64,000 nt of DNA from Candidatus Thermosaccharophagus tengchongensis (lineage in GTDB: Bacteria; Armatimonadota; Fervidibacteria; Fervidibacterales; Thermosaccharophagaceae), in assembly GCA_032161105.1 (NCBI GenBank), contig JAVHTD010000001.1. One strand, written 5' to 3'. Positions 39,687-49,586 of this stretch are shown here, piece after piece; the stretch's first letter is position 1; every line of letters starts with the position of its first letter. Position numbers and translations under genes: made by a program. The notes beneath the pieces are model-generated. The model saw nothing but the letters and a program-made list of their open reading frames with translations, did no database searches and had not been told where the DNA came from.

Positions 39687-41444
39687 TCAATTTGTGGCGG
39701 GCTTGTGAAAGACGAATACCCTCACCGTTGGATTTGTATACATCATGTCATGTGGGATGTAACTCGGACCGAACTTAACTCCGAAAAGCTCAAATGGGCG
39801 CTCAAAACGCCTCTCAGTGACGAGACCAAGTTTGCACAGCCTCTCAAGTTCGTTCAATGTGCGCAAAACCTTCTTATCGCGCAAGCGCACAAATTCACGA
39901 TACTCAAACGATGTGGCGATGAAGGCGCTTGCGTTGAGGCGTTTGATGGAACTCAAATCAAACCAAGTTGGGTGCAGCTTATAATTGACTCGCTTTGCTT
40001 CCTCCGAATTGGGGAATTGGCACTTCGCAAAGTAGCGTGCATACGGTCCAGCTATCAGCGGCTTAACGGGGACAGTGTAAAACCACGGGTTGCCAGCAAT
40101 TGCAATGGTTGAACCAAACGGTATGTTAGCTCTGACCCACTTTGCAGCTTCGTCTCGCGCGTCTGGGAGCACCATGGATTTCACAACAGCGATTGAATAA
40201 AGCCCCGTGTATGCTACGATGATCAACCATAGCGCTGTTGCGATGCTCGCTTTGGCAGCCCTTAACAGAATGTTCTTTGAGGGGCGCACACATATTTGAA
40301 ACACTTCACACAGAGCATTTCCGGCAAGGATGCACAGCGGTGGCACGATTGGGATCAAGTATCGTGCAAAACGAACTTTGAAGCACCCGACGATGAAGAA
40401 GTAAGTGAGCGTGAATGAGAGGAGAAGCAGGTCCTGAGGACGCCTCCTCAGGCACGCCCATAGGACGCCAAAAATGGACGCAACCATGAGCGGCAATCCC
40501 ATGCCGGAGTTGAGGTTAACTCGCAAGTGATAGATGTGACCGTTTCCTGTGTTGAGGAAAAGCTCACCGTGTCCCATCCGCATATGCCTTGCCTCAAAGC
40601 TTACGCCGGCGGCGAATTCACGCCATGCAAGAACCGAATACGGACATGCAATGAGAAAGCCGACAATGCACATCGCAACCGCTAACCCGATCAATTTGGA
40701 GACCCGCTGCACTTTAATCCATGCCGAGCTCGCAAGTTCGGATTCAACTCGGAATGGGCTGCTTTTAACGATGTGGTAAGCCGCCACAAGCCATGTGACG
40801 CATAGGGGCAAGAGGACGCCATATTTTGTTCCGACCGCCAACCCACCAAAGAATCCGGAGAGGAGAAGCATCTTAAAGACTTCACGCTGACTTTGTTTGA
40901 TTGCCAACAGGGCTTGAAGCGCATAGAGCAGTGAGACCATGCTCCAGAAGGCAAGGGACACATCAACCGTCATGAAATGGGAGTGCTGAACATGAATTGG
41001 AACAAGCGCAATGAGCAGCGCTGAGAATATGGCGCTTATGCTGCCGTATGCCATCCGTGCCCATTGCCATACTATGGCGACCGTGAGCGTGCCGATGAGC
41101 GCATTTAACAGCCTGCCTGTTGCGTGTATGCCGCGCCAATAGGAGAGCGTGAGCACCCTTTGAGGCGTAAGCAAGCCGATGCCGATCGCAAACAGCACCG
41201 CAAAGTAAACGAGATAGGTGAAGAGGGAGCCGTAGTTGAAGTGATGCGGGTTCATGCGCAGCGAGAAGATGTCAAGGAGGAGCGTGCACAGGGCTATAGT
41301 GGCTTCGTCCGGGTGGTAGCTGAAGAAGTGCCAGTCGTTGGGCAAACCCCAGTTTATCCCAATAAGACGCAACGCTAATGCTACAGCTAAGATCAACAAA
41401 AGCGATAGCGCTGCTATGACCCCTCTCCTCATGGCTAAGTTCAC
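39687..41444 (-). CDS. GT-C fold glycosyltransferase (PMT/ArnT-like, family 39/83)
   Basis: LRL.GINWGLP..YHPDE, NPHHFNYGSL, GRLLNAL.G, HSHF.TVD, GLA.GTKY, RYL.P..P; many TM helices. Confidence 0.85.
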   Translation of the reverse strand: MNLAMRRGVIAALSLLLILAVALALRLIGINWGLPNDWHFFSYHPDEATIALCTLLLDIFSLRMNPHHFNYGSLFTYLVYFAVLFAIGIGLLTPQRVLTLSYWRGIHATGRLLNALIGTLTVAIVWQWARMAYGSISAIFSALLIALVPIHVQHSHFMTVDVSLAFWSMVSLLYALQALLAIKQSQREVFKMLLLSGFFGGLAVGTKYGVLLPLCVTWLVAAYHIVKSSPFRVESELASSAWIKVQRVSKLIGLAVAMCIVGFLIACPYSVLAWREFAAGVSFEARHMRMGHGELFLNTGNGHIYHLRVNLNSGMGLPLMVASIFGVLWACLRRRPQDLLLLSFTLTYFFIVGCFKVRFARYLIPIVPPLCILAGNALCEVFQICVRPSKNILLRAAKASIATALWLIIVAYTGLYSIAVVKSMVLPDARDEAAKWVRANIPFGSTIAIAGNPWFYTVPVKPLIAGPYARYFAKCQFPNSEEAKRVNYKLHPTWFDLSSIKRLNASAFIATSFEYREFVRLRDKKVLRTLNELERLCKLGLVTERRFERPFELFGVKFGPSYIPHDMMYTNPTVRVFVFHKPATN

Positions 41445-41699
41445 TAATCTACCAAGCTGCAGTCATTGTAGGAGTTGCAGCGGATGAACAGGATTGCCAG
41501 CAACACATGTTAGCGTTAGCAGAGTTGCATGTCAATGTGGGCATCGCTGTTGTGTTACAATGGTTTGCGAAACACCGCCTTAAACATCGCCCGATGGTCT
41601 TGATGAGGGGTTGTTGCCTTCGCGGTGAATGAAGTTGAGTGATGGACAAAGTGAGCAATCGCAGTGGGCGCCGACCTCTATCCTTGAGGGTGCTATGTG

Positions 41700-42347
41700 A
41701 TGGGGAAGATTTACCTCGTCAGGCACGGGGAGACAAAAGCCAATGTGGCTGGGAATGTGCTTTGCGGATGGACCGATGTGGAGCTGACGGAGAGGGGTGA
41801 GCGCCAAGCTGAAGCGCTTGCAAAGAGGTTGAGTGGTGAGGGCATCATTGCAGTCTACAGCAGCGACTTGAAGAGAGCAGTTCGGACAGCTTCATTAATT
41901 GCGGATGCATGCGGCGCGATACTTTACATTGAGCCAAAGCTGAGGGAAATAAACTACGGCGATTGGGAGGGGCGTTCATACAACGAGATTGAAAGCGCAA
42001 GTGAAGAGTGGCGTGAGATGCTCAACAGGCGCAGGACTGATGCGATGCGATTCCGAGCGCCGAATGGTGAATCATTTGCTGAGTTTGTGAGGAGGGTTAC
42101 TGAGGCATTTGATAGGATATCAGAAAGGCACCAGAACCAATCAATCGCAGTTGTGGCGCACAAGATGACCAACCGCGTGATACTATGTTATGCTCTCGGC
42201 ATTCCTGTAAGCCTCTGGTTCACACTGTCTCAGGATGAGGCATGCCTGAATTTGGTGATGCACATTGATGGCTTTGGGTATGTCGTCAGCTGCGTTAACG
42301 ACTTATGTCACCTAAGTGATGCCGAAGCCGGCATGGAGGGAGCATGA
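41700..42347 (+). CDS. Histidine phosphatase family protein (GpmB/CobC-like)
   Basis: YLVRHGET, DVELTERGERQA, YSSDLKRA.RTA, LREINYGDWEG, PNGES, VVAH. Confidence 0.92.
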   Translation: MGKIYLVRHGETKANVAGNVLCGWTDVELTERGERQAEALAKRLSGEGIIAVYSSDLKRAVRTASLIADACGAILYIEPKLREINYGDWEGRSYNEIESASEEWREMLNRRRTDAMRFRAPNGESFAEFVRRVTEAFDRISERHQNQSIAVVAHKMTNRVILCYALGIPVSLWFTLSQDEACLNLVMHIDGFGYVVSCVNDLCHLSDAEAGMEGA

Positions 42348-43975
42348 GCATGTCTCTGAGGAGATTGCGCCGCTTCATACGGATAAGGGTTGTTCGCACA
42401 ACGCTGTGGCTGAGTATCTTCTTCATCTTCCTGATCGGGACATTCGTTAGCTTCGGGACAATAAGAAGGGCTCCGCTTCGCCCAACACCTCCAAGCATCG
42501 TTGCCAAGGTCAACGGATGGAAGATAATGCGAAACGACTTTGATGAACGCCTGCGCAATGAGCTCTCTGGTGGAGCACATGATGTGCGCACTTGGGTGGC
42601 AATTAAGTATTCCGTCCTTGACAGGGTGATTGATGAGATACTACTCAGGCAGGCTGCAAGGAAGTATCGCGTTCGCGTCTCAAGGAGAGATATACACAAG
42701 CGCATAGATGAGATTGTTAACGAGCGCATCGCTGCTCAGAGGCGCGAATTCCGCACGCTCAAGGAATTCACGGACTGGGTCAGAAACAACTTCGGTTCAT
42801 TGAATGCATACAGGGCGAAGATGCGCGACGAGCTGCTTGACTATCGTGGGGCGATTGAGCTTCAGACGCTTCAGGACAAGCTGCGCAAGATCGTTGAGAG
42901 CGAGGTTAAAGTCACCGATGAGGATGTGCGTGATGAATATTGCAGGGTTAGGTTAAAGCACATTCAGGTCAGCTATGACAGGTTCATGAAAGGGAAGGCA
43001 AATCCATCGCCCGAGGAGAGGGAGAAAGCGGCTAAGCTTGCGGAGGAGAGGGCTGAGAAAATTTTGGAGCAATTGCGCGGTGGCAAAAGCTTTGAAGAGC
43101 TTGCGAAGAGCGAATCTGATGACACTGCCACGGCGGGCAAAGGTGGGGATTTGGGTTGGCTTGACTTGCGCCAACTCAGCGCAATGTATGGCGATGAAAT
43201 TGCAAAGGCTGCTAAAGGGACTCCGGTTGGTAAGCCGACAACGCCGCTCAGGGGTATAACAGGTTACCACATCATCAAAGTTGAGGAGCGGAAGTTTGAG
43301 TTTCCACCGGAGTATTACAAGGCTCGGTATAGATGCACATCATGCCGCCATCAATGGGAAGTCAGGGATACGCGAAAGGAGAAGCCAAGCGCCTGCCCGA
43401 AGTGCAACGGGAAGAAGATCAAGGTCGTATGGAGGGGTAGCAAAGAAGTGCTAAACGATGTTCGCCGCAAAATGGTTGACAGGGCTTGGTTTGAATTCCA
43501 AAATAGGCTCCGTTCCGAAGCCAAGATTGAGTTGATTGATCCCGAACTCGCCGCATATAGGGCTGAGACATACGAGGGTGATAGGGAGAAGGCTTTGAGG
43601 CTTTACAAGAGGGCGCTAAGATACGCCGAGACAATGGAGGAGCCGCTCGTCTTTCCGGCAGCGATACTCTATCGCGTGGGTTCGCTCTACGAAAGCCGAG
43701 GCAAGAAAGAGCTTGCGCTCCAAACTTACAGAAGAGCATTGTCGTATGATGAAGACCCAGCGTTGCGCCTCCGCATTGCAGCAATCCTTAAAGAGCAAGG
43801 TAAAAGGGACGAGGCGCTGCGCGAGTTGAAAAAGGCATCTGAGGCGATAAGCGATCCCTATGACAGGCTTGAACTTGCAAGGCTGTATGAGGAACTTGGC
43901 ATGAAGAAAGAAGCCGAACAGCAGCGCAAGCTTTTCCAAACCGAGCTTAAGGAGCGCTTCGGCAGTTCAATGTGA
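42344..43975 (+). CDS. SurA/PrsA-like parvulin peptidyl-prolyl isomerase with inserted zinc ribbon and C-terminal TPRs
   Basis: TM, VAKVNG..I SurA-N, HIQV, FEELAKSESDD...GGDLGW, GYHIIKV, CTSC...CPKC, AL..Y.RAL TPRs. Confidence 0.82.
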   Translation: MSMSLRRLRRFIRIRVVRTTLWLSIFFIFLIGTFVSFGTIRRAPLRPTPPSIVAKVNGWKIMRNDFDERLRNELSGGAHDVRTWVAIKYSVLDRVIDEILLRQAARKYRVRVSRRDIHKRIDEIVNERIAAQRREFRTLKEFTDWVRNNFGSLNAYRAKMRDELLDYRGAIELQTLQDKLRKIVESEVKVTDEDVRDEYCRVRLKHIQVSYDRFMKGKANPSPEEREKAAKLAEERAEKILEQLRGGKSFEELAKSESDDTATAGKGGDLGWLDLRQLSAMYGDEIAKAAKGTPVGKPTTPLRGITGYHIIKVEERKFEFPPEYYKARYRCTSCRHQWEVRDTRKEKPSACPKCNGKKIKVVWRGSKEVLNDVRRKMVDRAWFEFQNRLRSEAKIELIDPELAAYRAETYEGDREKALRLYKRALRYAETMEEPLVFPAAILYRVGSLYESRGKKELALQTYRRALSYDEDPALRLRIAAILKEQGKRDEALRELKKASEAISDPYDRLELARLYEELGMKKEAEQQRKLFQTELKERFGSSM

Positions 43976-44581
43976 CTCCGAGATGCTGAAGACCTCATAA
44001 CTTCCATTTGGATTGAAGCGAGCCATCTCCCCGCCCTTAAGTTCAATTTCCTTTCCGGTTGACGAAATTTTGAGGGTGACAACGCCGCTGTAGACCTTCA
44101 CCGTGACGGAGTTATCTTGGTTAACACCGATGCTGAATTCCGTTCCGCGCACCGCTGCCATCACAACTGGTGTGCGCAGCTCAAACACCGAACCCGGTGA
44201 GAGCGCCCTCTCAAACCTCGTGATGGCTTCGCCAGTCCGCAAGAAGAACAGCGATGTCGTCGTATTCTTCCCCTTGTCAAATGAGCTTCGCAGCACCCTT
44301 AGAACTGTTTTGGGCTTCAGCTCAATTTGAAAGTCATCAACCCAACGCAGGATTACGCGCCCATTCTCTCCGGTGTGAACAACATCAAATGTTTTGACAA
44401 GCATGCCCTTCATTAGGGGCTTCCTCTTACTCTCAAGCCCGAATCTTTCAACATACGCTTCCCCCGAGACAAATTTGACCACAGCCACACGCTGCACAAT
44501 GTGGATTGTCTTCATGCTCATCGTCGCCACAGCAGCCAATAGCAATAGCGTGAAGACGCTCAGCGCCACGATCAAGCGCAT
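43967..44581 (-). CDS. FecR domain-containing exported protein
   Basis: N-terminal TM. V.G.A.V, L..G..V...D.V.TG.NG, FELRTP..MAAVRGTEF, V.VYSGVV. Confidence 0.85.
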   Translation of the reverse strand: MRLIVALSVFTLLLLAAVATMSMKTIHIVQRVAVVKFVSGEAYVERFGLESKRKPLMKGMLVKTFDVVHTGENGRVILRWVDDFQIELKPKTVLRVLRSSFDKGKNTTTSLFFLRTGEAITRFERALSPGSVFELRTPVVMAAVRGTEFSIGVNQDNSVTVKVYSGVVTLKISSTGKEIELKGGEMARFNPNGSYEVFSISESH

Positions 44582-44661
44582 CTGCATCACCACCCAAAGA
44601 TTGCTCACCTCTCACAAGTTAAGTAGCCACTCTAATTGTTCCACAGCCGAGCTTTGAGGGA

Positions 44662-45675
44662 TCAAAGCAACGGTGGCATTGTGCGGATGCGCAAGTTATA
44701 CCTCTCAAGGACGGCGCTATTAACGACATATTCCGGCACATTGCCCTTGAGGGCACTTGTGACGCACTCAACGGCAAGTTCGCTTATCAGCCTTGCCGCA
44801 TCGGCATCATGCGTCCCCATGTGCGGTGTGCATATGCAGTTTGGCATCCTGCGCAGTGGATGCTCGGGCGGCAATGGTTCAGTCCAATACACATCAAGCG
44901 CTGCACCCGCAATCCAACCATCACTGAGAGCCTTGATCAAAGCTCCCTCGTCAATAACTCCGCCGCGAGAGGTGTTGATGAGGAATGCCGTTGGCTTCAT
45001 CATCTTGAGCTCCCGCTCACCAATCAACTTTTCCGTTGACTGGGTCAATGGGACATTGACTGACACGAAGTCGGACTCAATCAAAAGTTCTTCAAGCGAG
45101 ACGAACCTGATGCCGAGCGATTGAGCCTCCGGCTTCGGCAAGATGTCGTAAGCTAACACATTCATGCCGAAGCCAAGCGCCCTCCTCGCTATTGCTATTC
45201 CGATTCGCCCGCACCCGATTATGCCGAGCGTCTTCCCCCACACACTGACGCCCAGCTTCGGCTCCCACCGTCCGTTGCGGATTGAGAGCGCCGCATCAAC
45301 TATCCCGCGCGCAAGAGCTATCATCAACCCAAATGCCAAATCGGCAACCGCCTCGGGAACGAACTTCGGCGTGTAGGTCACAACGATTCCAAGCTCTGTG
45401 GCGGCGTCCAAATCAATTGCATCATATCCGACACCCCAACGGGCGATGACGCGAAGCCTCGGAAGACGCAGGAGCACTTCCCTTGTGTATGCCTCAGTTG
45501 ATGCTATCACTGCATCGGCGTCACTTAAGGCATCCACGAGCCTCTCTTCGGACAACTTCCCTTTGACCTGCGGACGGAAGACATCAACCCCGGCTTCGCG
45601 CAAACGCTGCAGCGCATCACCCCCGCAAACCCAACAAAGGTGTGATGTTACTGCCACACGAGCATTCCAACGCAT
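44662..45675 (-). CDS. D-2-hydroxyacid / phosphoglycerate dehydrogenase family (no ACT domain)
   Basis: ARWGVGYDAID, GKTLGIIGCGRIG, VPLT..T..LI, LINTSRG.VIDE, GAALDV...EP, TPH. Confidence 0.9.
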   Translation of the reverse strand: MRWNARVAVTSHLCWVCGGDALQRLREAGVDVFRPQVKGKLSEERLVDALSDADAVIASTEAYTREVLLRLPRLRVIARWGVGYDAIDLDAATELGIVVTYTPKFVPEAVADLAFGLMIALARGIVDAALSIRNGRWEPKLGVSVWGKTLGIIGCGRIGIAIARRALGFGMNVLAYDILPKPEAQSLGIRFVSLEELLIESDFVSVNVPLTQSTEKLIGERELKMMKPTAFLINTSRGGVIDEGALIKALSDGWIAGAALDVYWTEPLPPEHPLRRMPNCICTPHMGTHDADAARLISELAVECVTSALKGNVPEYVVNSAVLERYNLRIRTMPPLL

Positions 45676-45807
45676 ACTCAATCACCCATGCTGAATCAAC
45701 ATGGGAAGGGCACAACCTTAAGGACGCCGTCTTCCATACAGTTAAATGAACCCCTCATGCTCGCAGGTTTCGACTTCCAGACCAGTTGCTGGTTGATCAA
45801 ATTCTCG

Positions 45808-46686
45808 CTACTGCCTGCGCAGAGCGTTTGCTATAGCTCTTATGTGTTCTGGCGTCGTTCCGCAGCACCCACCAATTATGCGGAAGCCGATGCCGGCAAG
45901 TCGCAGGGAGACTTCAGCCATCTGCTCCGGCGTGGCATCCCAAACAACCTCTTCGCCAATAACTTGTGGCTTTCCACCATTCGGCTTTGCAATGAGCACA
46001 GCTCCATGCGGCGCATACGATGCCATAAGCTCGGCAACTTGCAAAGCCGATTCCAGACCGGCACCGCAGTTAAATCCAAACGCGTCCACCGGGAGTTCTG
46101 AGACAGCTTTCACGAACTCATTTGGCGATACGCCCATCATGGTGTGAGTGCCCCTGTCAAAGCTCATTGTCACAATTAGCGGTGCATCGGTGACCGAGCG
46201 CACACCGCTGATGGCGGCAAGCAATTCATCAAGTGCAGCGAATGTCTCAAGCACGAGTGCGTCAACACCGCCTTCAAGGAGCAGCAATGCCTGCTCAGCG
46301 TATGCGGAGCTCACTTCCTCAGGCTTAAGTGACCCAAGCGGCTCAAGGAAATCGCCAGTTGGTCCCATTGAGCCCGCAACGACGATGCTATCGCTCACGG
46401 CATCTTTGGCGATGCGCGCCCCCGAGATGTTGACTTCCTTAATTAACCCCGCTAAGCCGGCTTTTGATAGCCTGAATCTGTTTCCGCCGAATGTGTTTGT
46501 GTAAACGATGTCGGAGCCGGCTTCCATATAAGCCCTCGGTATTTGCGCCACGACATCCGGGCGATTCAAATTCCACTCTTCGGGGCAGCGAGCGCCGCGC
46601 AGCCCGAGCATTTGCAGCATTGTTCCAGTGGCTCCATCTGCTATAAGGATTTGCCTCTCGTTTAATAGACTGCGTAGGTCTCCCAT
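45808..46686 (-). CDS. Homocysteine S-methyltransferase domain protein (stand-alone MetH N-terminal module)
   Basis: DGATGTML, AGSD...TNTFG, AGSMGPTG, ETF, GFNCG, KPNGG.P, IIGGCCGTTPEHI (three Zn-binding Cys). RBS GGAGG. Confidence 0.9.
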   Translation of the reverse strand: MGDLRSLLNERQILIADGATGTMLQMLGLRGARCPEEWNLNRPDVVAQIPRAYMEAGSDIVYTNTFGGNRFRLSKAGLAGLIKEVNISGARIAKDAVSDSIVVAGSMGPTGDFLEPLGSLKPEEVSSAYAEQALLLLEGGVDALVLETFAALDELLAAISGVRSVTDAPLIVTMSFDRGTHTMMGVSPNEFVKAVSELPVDAFGFNCGAGLESALQVAELMASYAPHGAVLIAKPNGGKPQVIGEEVVWDATPEQMAEVSLRLAGIGFRIIGGCCGTTPEHIRAIANALRRQ

Positions 46687-46751
46687 AATCTGCAGTCGCC
46701 TCCATCCGCCTGGGAGAATTGTGATTACCAGATTGCTTTGCAGTTGTTGGC

Positions 46752-48704
46752 TCACGATGAGCTTGCGTTCTTTGGGAAGCGCATCCACTCAAAGAACGCC
46801 TCAGCATAGAGCGGGTTAGTGCCAAGCTCAATATGCCTTACAGAGCGAGCCACTAACTCAGCCCGCTTGAGTTCGTTCCTGTTTATTAGTGCGAGCTTGG
46901 CGCCGGTGCCGGCAGCATTGCCAACGCTGTAGATTCGTTCCATTGATATTGGCGGGATTAAACCTATACGCACGGCACTCCGTTTGGGAATGAAAGTCCC
47001 AAATGCGCCGCATATGTATACAGCTTGCAGTGCATCGTAGCTTACTCCAGCGAGGTTTAAAAGCGTCTCTGTTGCGGCTCTTATTGAGCCCTTTGCGAGT
47101 TGGAGCTGCCTTATATCACGCTGCGTTAGCACTATTGGGAATCCGCCCTCAGATTCATCTCCATGCACGAGCACAAATTCAACCTCGCCATCGCGCTCTA
47201 TCAGGCGGTCTGCTATTCGTGACGGCAGCGATGGGAGCTCGCAGCGGTGAACCATCCTTCCAGTTTCATCAATGATCCCGAGTTCAAGCAATGCGGCGAC
47301 GGCGTCAATTAACCCAGTCCCGCATATCCCCTTTGCTGGGGCATCGCCAATGACCACGCAACGCAAATCATTCCCATCCACCTTAACCGAGCAGATTGCC
47401 CCATTGGCGGCTCTCATGCCGTGCTTTATTCGCGCCCCCTCAAATGCCGGACCAGCTGCAGCTGATGCGGCAAGCATTTCATCGCCACACTTGACCACCA
47501 CCTCGCTGTTCGTGCCTATGTCAATGGCAAGCGCCACATCGGCACCGTTGAGGAGGTGCGAGATAATCATGGCTACGGTGTCAGCGCCCACGAAGCCGCC
47601 AATTCGTGGCAGCACATGTAGTATTGCGTTGGGGATCGCAGTTATGCCGAGTTCGCTCGCCCTCAACTCAACCAAAGATTGAGTGACCGCAACATATGGC
47701 GCACGCCCAAGCAGCGTTACATCAAGTCCGAGCAAGAGGTGCAGCATGCAAGTGTTGCCGACAAATGTTGCGTGATACACATGGCTTGGTGATACCGCGG
47801 CTTCAGCACACGCTTTCAAAGCCAATTCATTAACGGCACCAATGATCGCCTCGTGCAGGAGTTTTAACCCATTCTCACTCTCGCTCGCGAAGGCGATTCG
47901 GGATATAAGATCATCCCCATAAGCCACCTGTGGGTTGATGGTGGAAGTTGTTGAGAGCGTTGCACCGTTCGCCAAGTCAACGAGGTAGCATACGACTGTT
48001 GTCGTTCCAATATCAAAAGCCAAGCCGTAATTCATCTTGGTCGTATCTCCGCGCTCAACTGCGAGCATTTTTTTACCAGCCATCACTACAGTGACTTCAA
48101 ATTGAGCGTCGCGCAAAACCCTCGGCAATGAGCGCAGCAACTCCAAATCGGGGTTGAGCTCGTCGGGTGAATGCTCTGAAGCGCTTTCTGACAGCGCTGC
48201 GACGAGCCTCTCCCAATCACCTCTCTCATCGTTCAGTGACGGTATGGGCACTTTGATAAAGCGCTTGCGGACAAGTGGCTCAACCGACACCATCTTTGCA
48301 GTGCCGAATGTGAGGATGTATCCAGTTGGATGAGAGAGCTCTTGCGGGATGATTATGGAGGCGTTAGAGAATATTCGTGAGCGGCATGCCAATCTATATC
48401 CGGATGCAATTTCCCGATCGCTAAGCAATGCTCTCTCTTGCTCAGTTGGCATCGGAGGGTTTGATGTGAAACGCACCTTGCATTTTCCGCACACCCCGAT
48501 GCCGCCACATGGTGTCTCAATGTGTATTCCGGAGCGCCGCGCTGCATCAAGCACGGTTATCCCGCTCGGCACTGCGACCTTTAGATGATGCGATTCAAAG
48601 AAAACGACAACCGCAGATGCCCCTGTAGCGCCTTTATCGGCTCTCCCCGTGTTTCCTTCGCTTGCTTCATTCCCGCCGCTTTGATTCAAGTTAATGCTCA
48701 TCAT
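46752..48704 (-). CDS. RACo/RamA-type ATP-dependent reductive activator of corrinoid proteins (2Fe-2S + ASKHA, DUF4445)
   Basis: PCGG.GVCGKC...RLAC, AFDIGTTTV, NPQ..YGDDLISRI, GGFVGAD, IDIGTNSE, AAGPAFEG, GICGTG.ID, DIRQLQLAK, GNAA. Confidence 0.9.
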   Translation of the reverse strand: MMSINLNQSGGNEASEGNTGRADKGATGASAVVVFFESHHLKVAVPSGITVLDAARRSGIHIETPCGGIGVCGKCKVRFTSNPPMPTEQERALLSDREIASGYRLACRSRIFSNASIIIPQELSHPTGYILTFGTAKMVSVEPLVRKRFIKVPIPSLNDERGDWERLVAALSESASEHSPDELNPDLELLRSLPRVLRDAQFEVTVVMAGKKMLAVERGDTTKMNYGLAFDIGTTTVVCYLVDLANGATLSTTSTINPQVAYGDDLISRIAFASESENGLKLLHEAIIGAVNELALKACAEAAVSPSHVYHATFVGNTCMLHLLLGLDVTLLGRAPYVAVTQSLVELRASELGITAIPNAILHVLPRIGGFVGADTVAMIISHLLNGADVALAIDIGTNSEVVVKCGDEMLAASAAAGPAFEGARIKHGMRAANGAICSVKVDGNDLRCVVIGDAPAKGICGTGLIDAVAALLELGIIDETGRMVHRCELPSLPSRIADRLIERDGEVEFVLVHGDESEGGFPIVLTQRDIRQLQLAKGSIRAATETLLNLAGVSYDALQAVYICGAFGTFIPKRSAVRIGLIPPISMERIYSVGNAAGTGAKLALINRNELKRAELVARSVRHIELGTNPLYAEAFFEWMRFPKNASSS

Positions 48705-48785
48705 CTCATCGCCTCTTGAGTCTCCCATCCTTACCGAGTCATCATCGCCCTTAAGTATGTCTGTAACCTTCCGTGCGGAACCATT

Positions 48786-49586
48786 CTAAAGGTCAAGCAT
48801 GCCGCTCCTTGCGGCGCTGATGTAGTTCATGCAAAATTCATCCTGCCCGAGGAGCGCCCTTGAAGCTGTCACTAAAGCCATCATGCCTTTGTCTGTTGGG
48901 TCGCATATGACGGCATCAAGTCCCATTGCCATCGCCATTACAATGAAGGCGCGATTGAGCCATTTCCTTTTCGGCATGCCGTGTGATATGTTTGTTAGCC
49001 CAATGACTATGTGCGACTTTGGAAAGCGCTCCCTGAGTTGCGCTATCGTCTTCAAGATAACCTGACCAACTCCGTCGTCCACGCTTATCGGGAGCATCAA
49101 TGGATCAATGAAGATGTCATCCTCGTCCACACCGGCTCTTGTGAGTTCATCCATCAATCTTGCGGCGATCTCCAATCGGTCTTCAACCCCCCTTGGCATT
49201 CCTGCGTCATCCATGCACAGGCATATGACGCGTGAATTGTGCTCAACGACTATTGGGAGCAGCATTGAGAGCTTCATCCTCTCAGCTGTAATTGAATTTA
49301 TGAGCGCCCTGCCGCGGTGAACTTTCAATGCCTCTGCTATTGCAATTGGATTGGGACTATCAATGCATATTGGGGCATCCACAGCTTCCTGTATTGCCTT
49401 GACAGCCCAAGCCAGTGTTGATGGTTCCTCCTCAACGCCCACTGCTGCAACATTGCAATCTATGTAGTGAGCGCCAGCTTCAACTTGCATTCGTGCTTCC
49501 ATCTGTAGTGTTGAGGCATCCCGTGAATGCACTGCCTCATATATGGGCTTGCGTGAGCTATTTATTCGTTCCCCAATGATGATCAT
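48786..49586 (-). CDS. Methyltetrahydrofolate:corrinoid methyltransferase (AcsE-like stand-alone pterin-binding module)
   Basis: MIIIGERINSSR, QVEAGA.YID.N, IDSP, LINSI, FIDPL..P, GLTNISHGMP.R..LN..F, GLD..I.DP. RBS GGGGGTG. Confidence 0.88.
   Translation of the reverse strand: MIIIGERINSSRKPIYEAVHSRDASTLQMEARMQVEAGAHYIDCNVAAVGVEEEPSTLAWAVKAIQEAVDAPICIDSPNPIAIAEALKVHRGRALINSITAERMKLSMLLPIVVEHNSRVICLCMDDAGMPRGVEDRLEIAARLMDELTRAGVDEDDIFIDPLMLPISVDDGVGQVILKTIAQLRERFPKSHIVIGLTNISHGMPKRKWLNRAFIVMAMAMGLDAVICDPTDKGMMALVTASRALLGQDEFCMNYISAARSGMLDL

Noticed and set aside
41700..42347. Calling the histidine phosphatase cobC
   Set aside because: Family motifs do not define the substrate, and no cobS/cobT/cobU is adjacent.
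45760..45800. GGTTTCGAC resembling a tmRNA 5' end or tRNA T-arm
   Set aside because: No GGGG acceptor stem or cloverleaf, and the gap is only about 130 nt.
46752..49586. Wood-Ljungdahl pathway inferred from AcsE-like and RACo genes
   Set aside because: No acsA/B/C/D in the window; the adjacent homocysteine methyltransferase points to methionine or methyl transfer.
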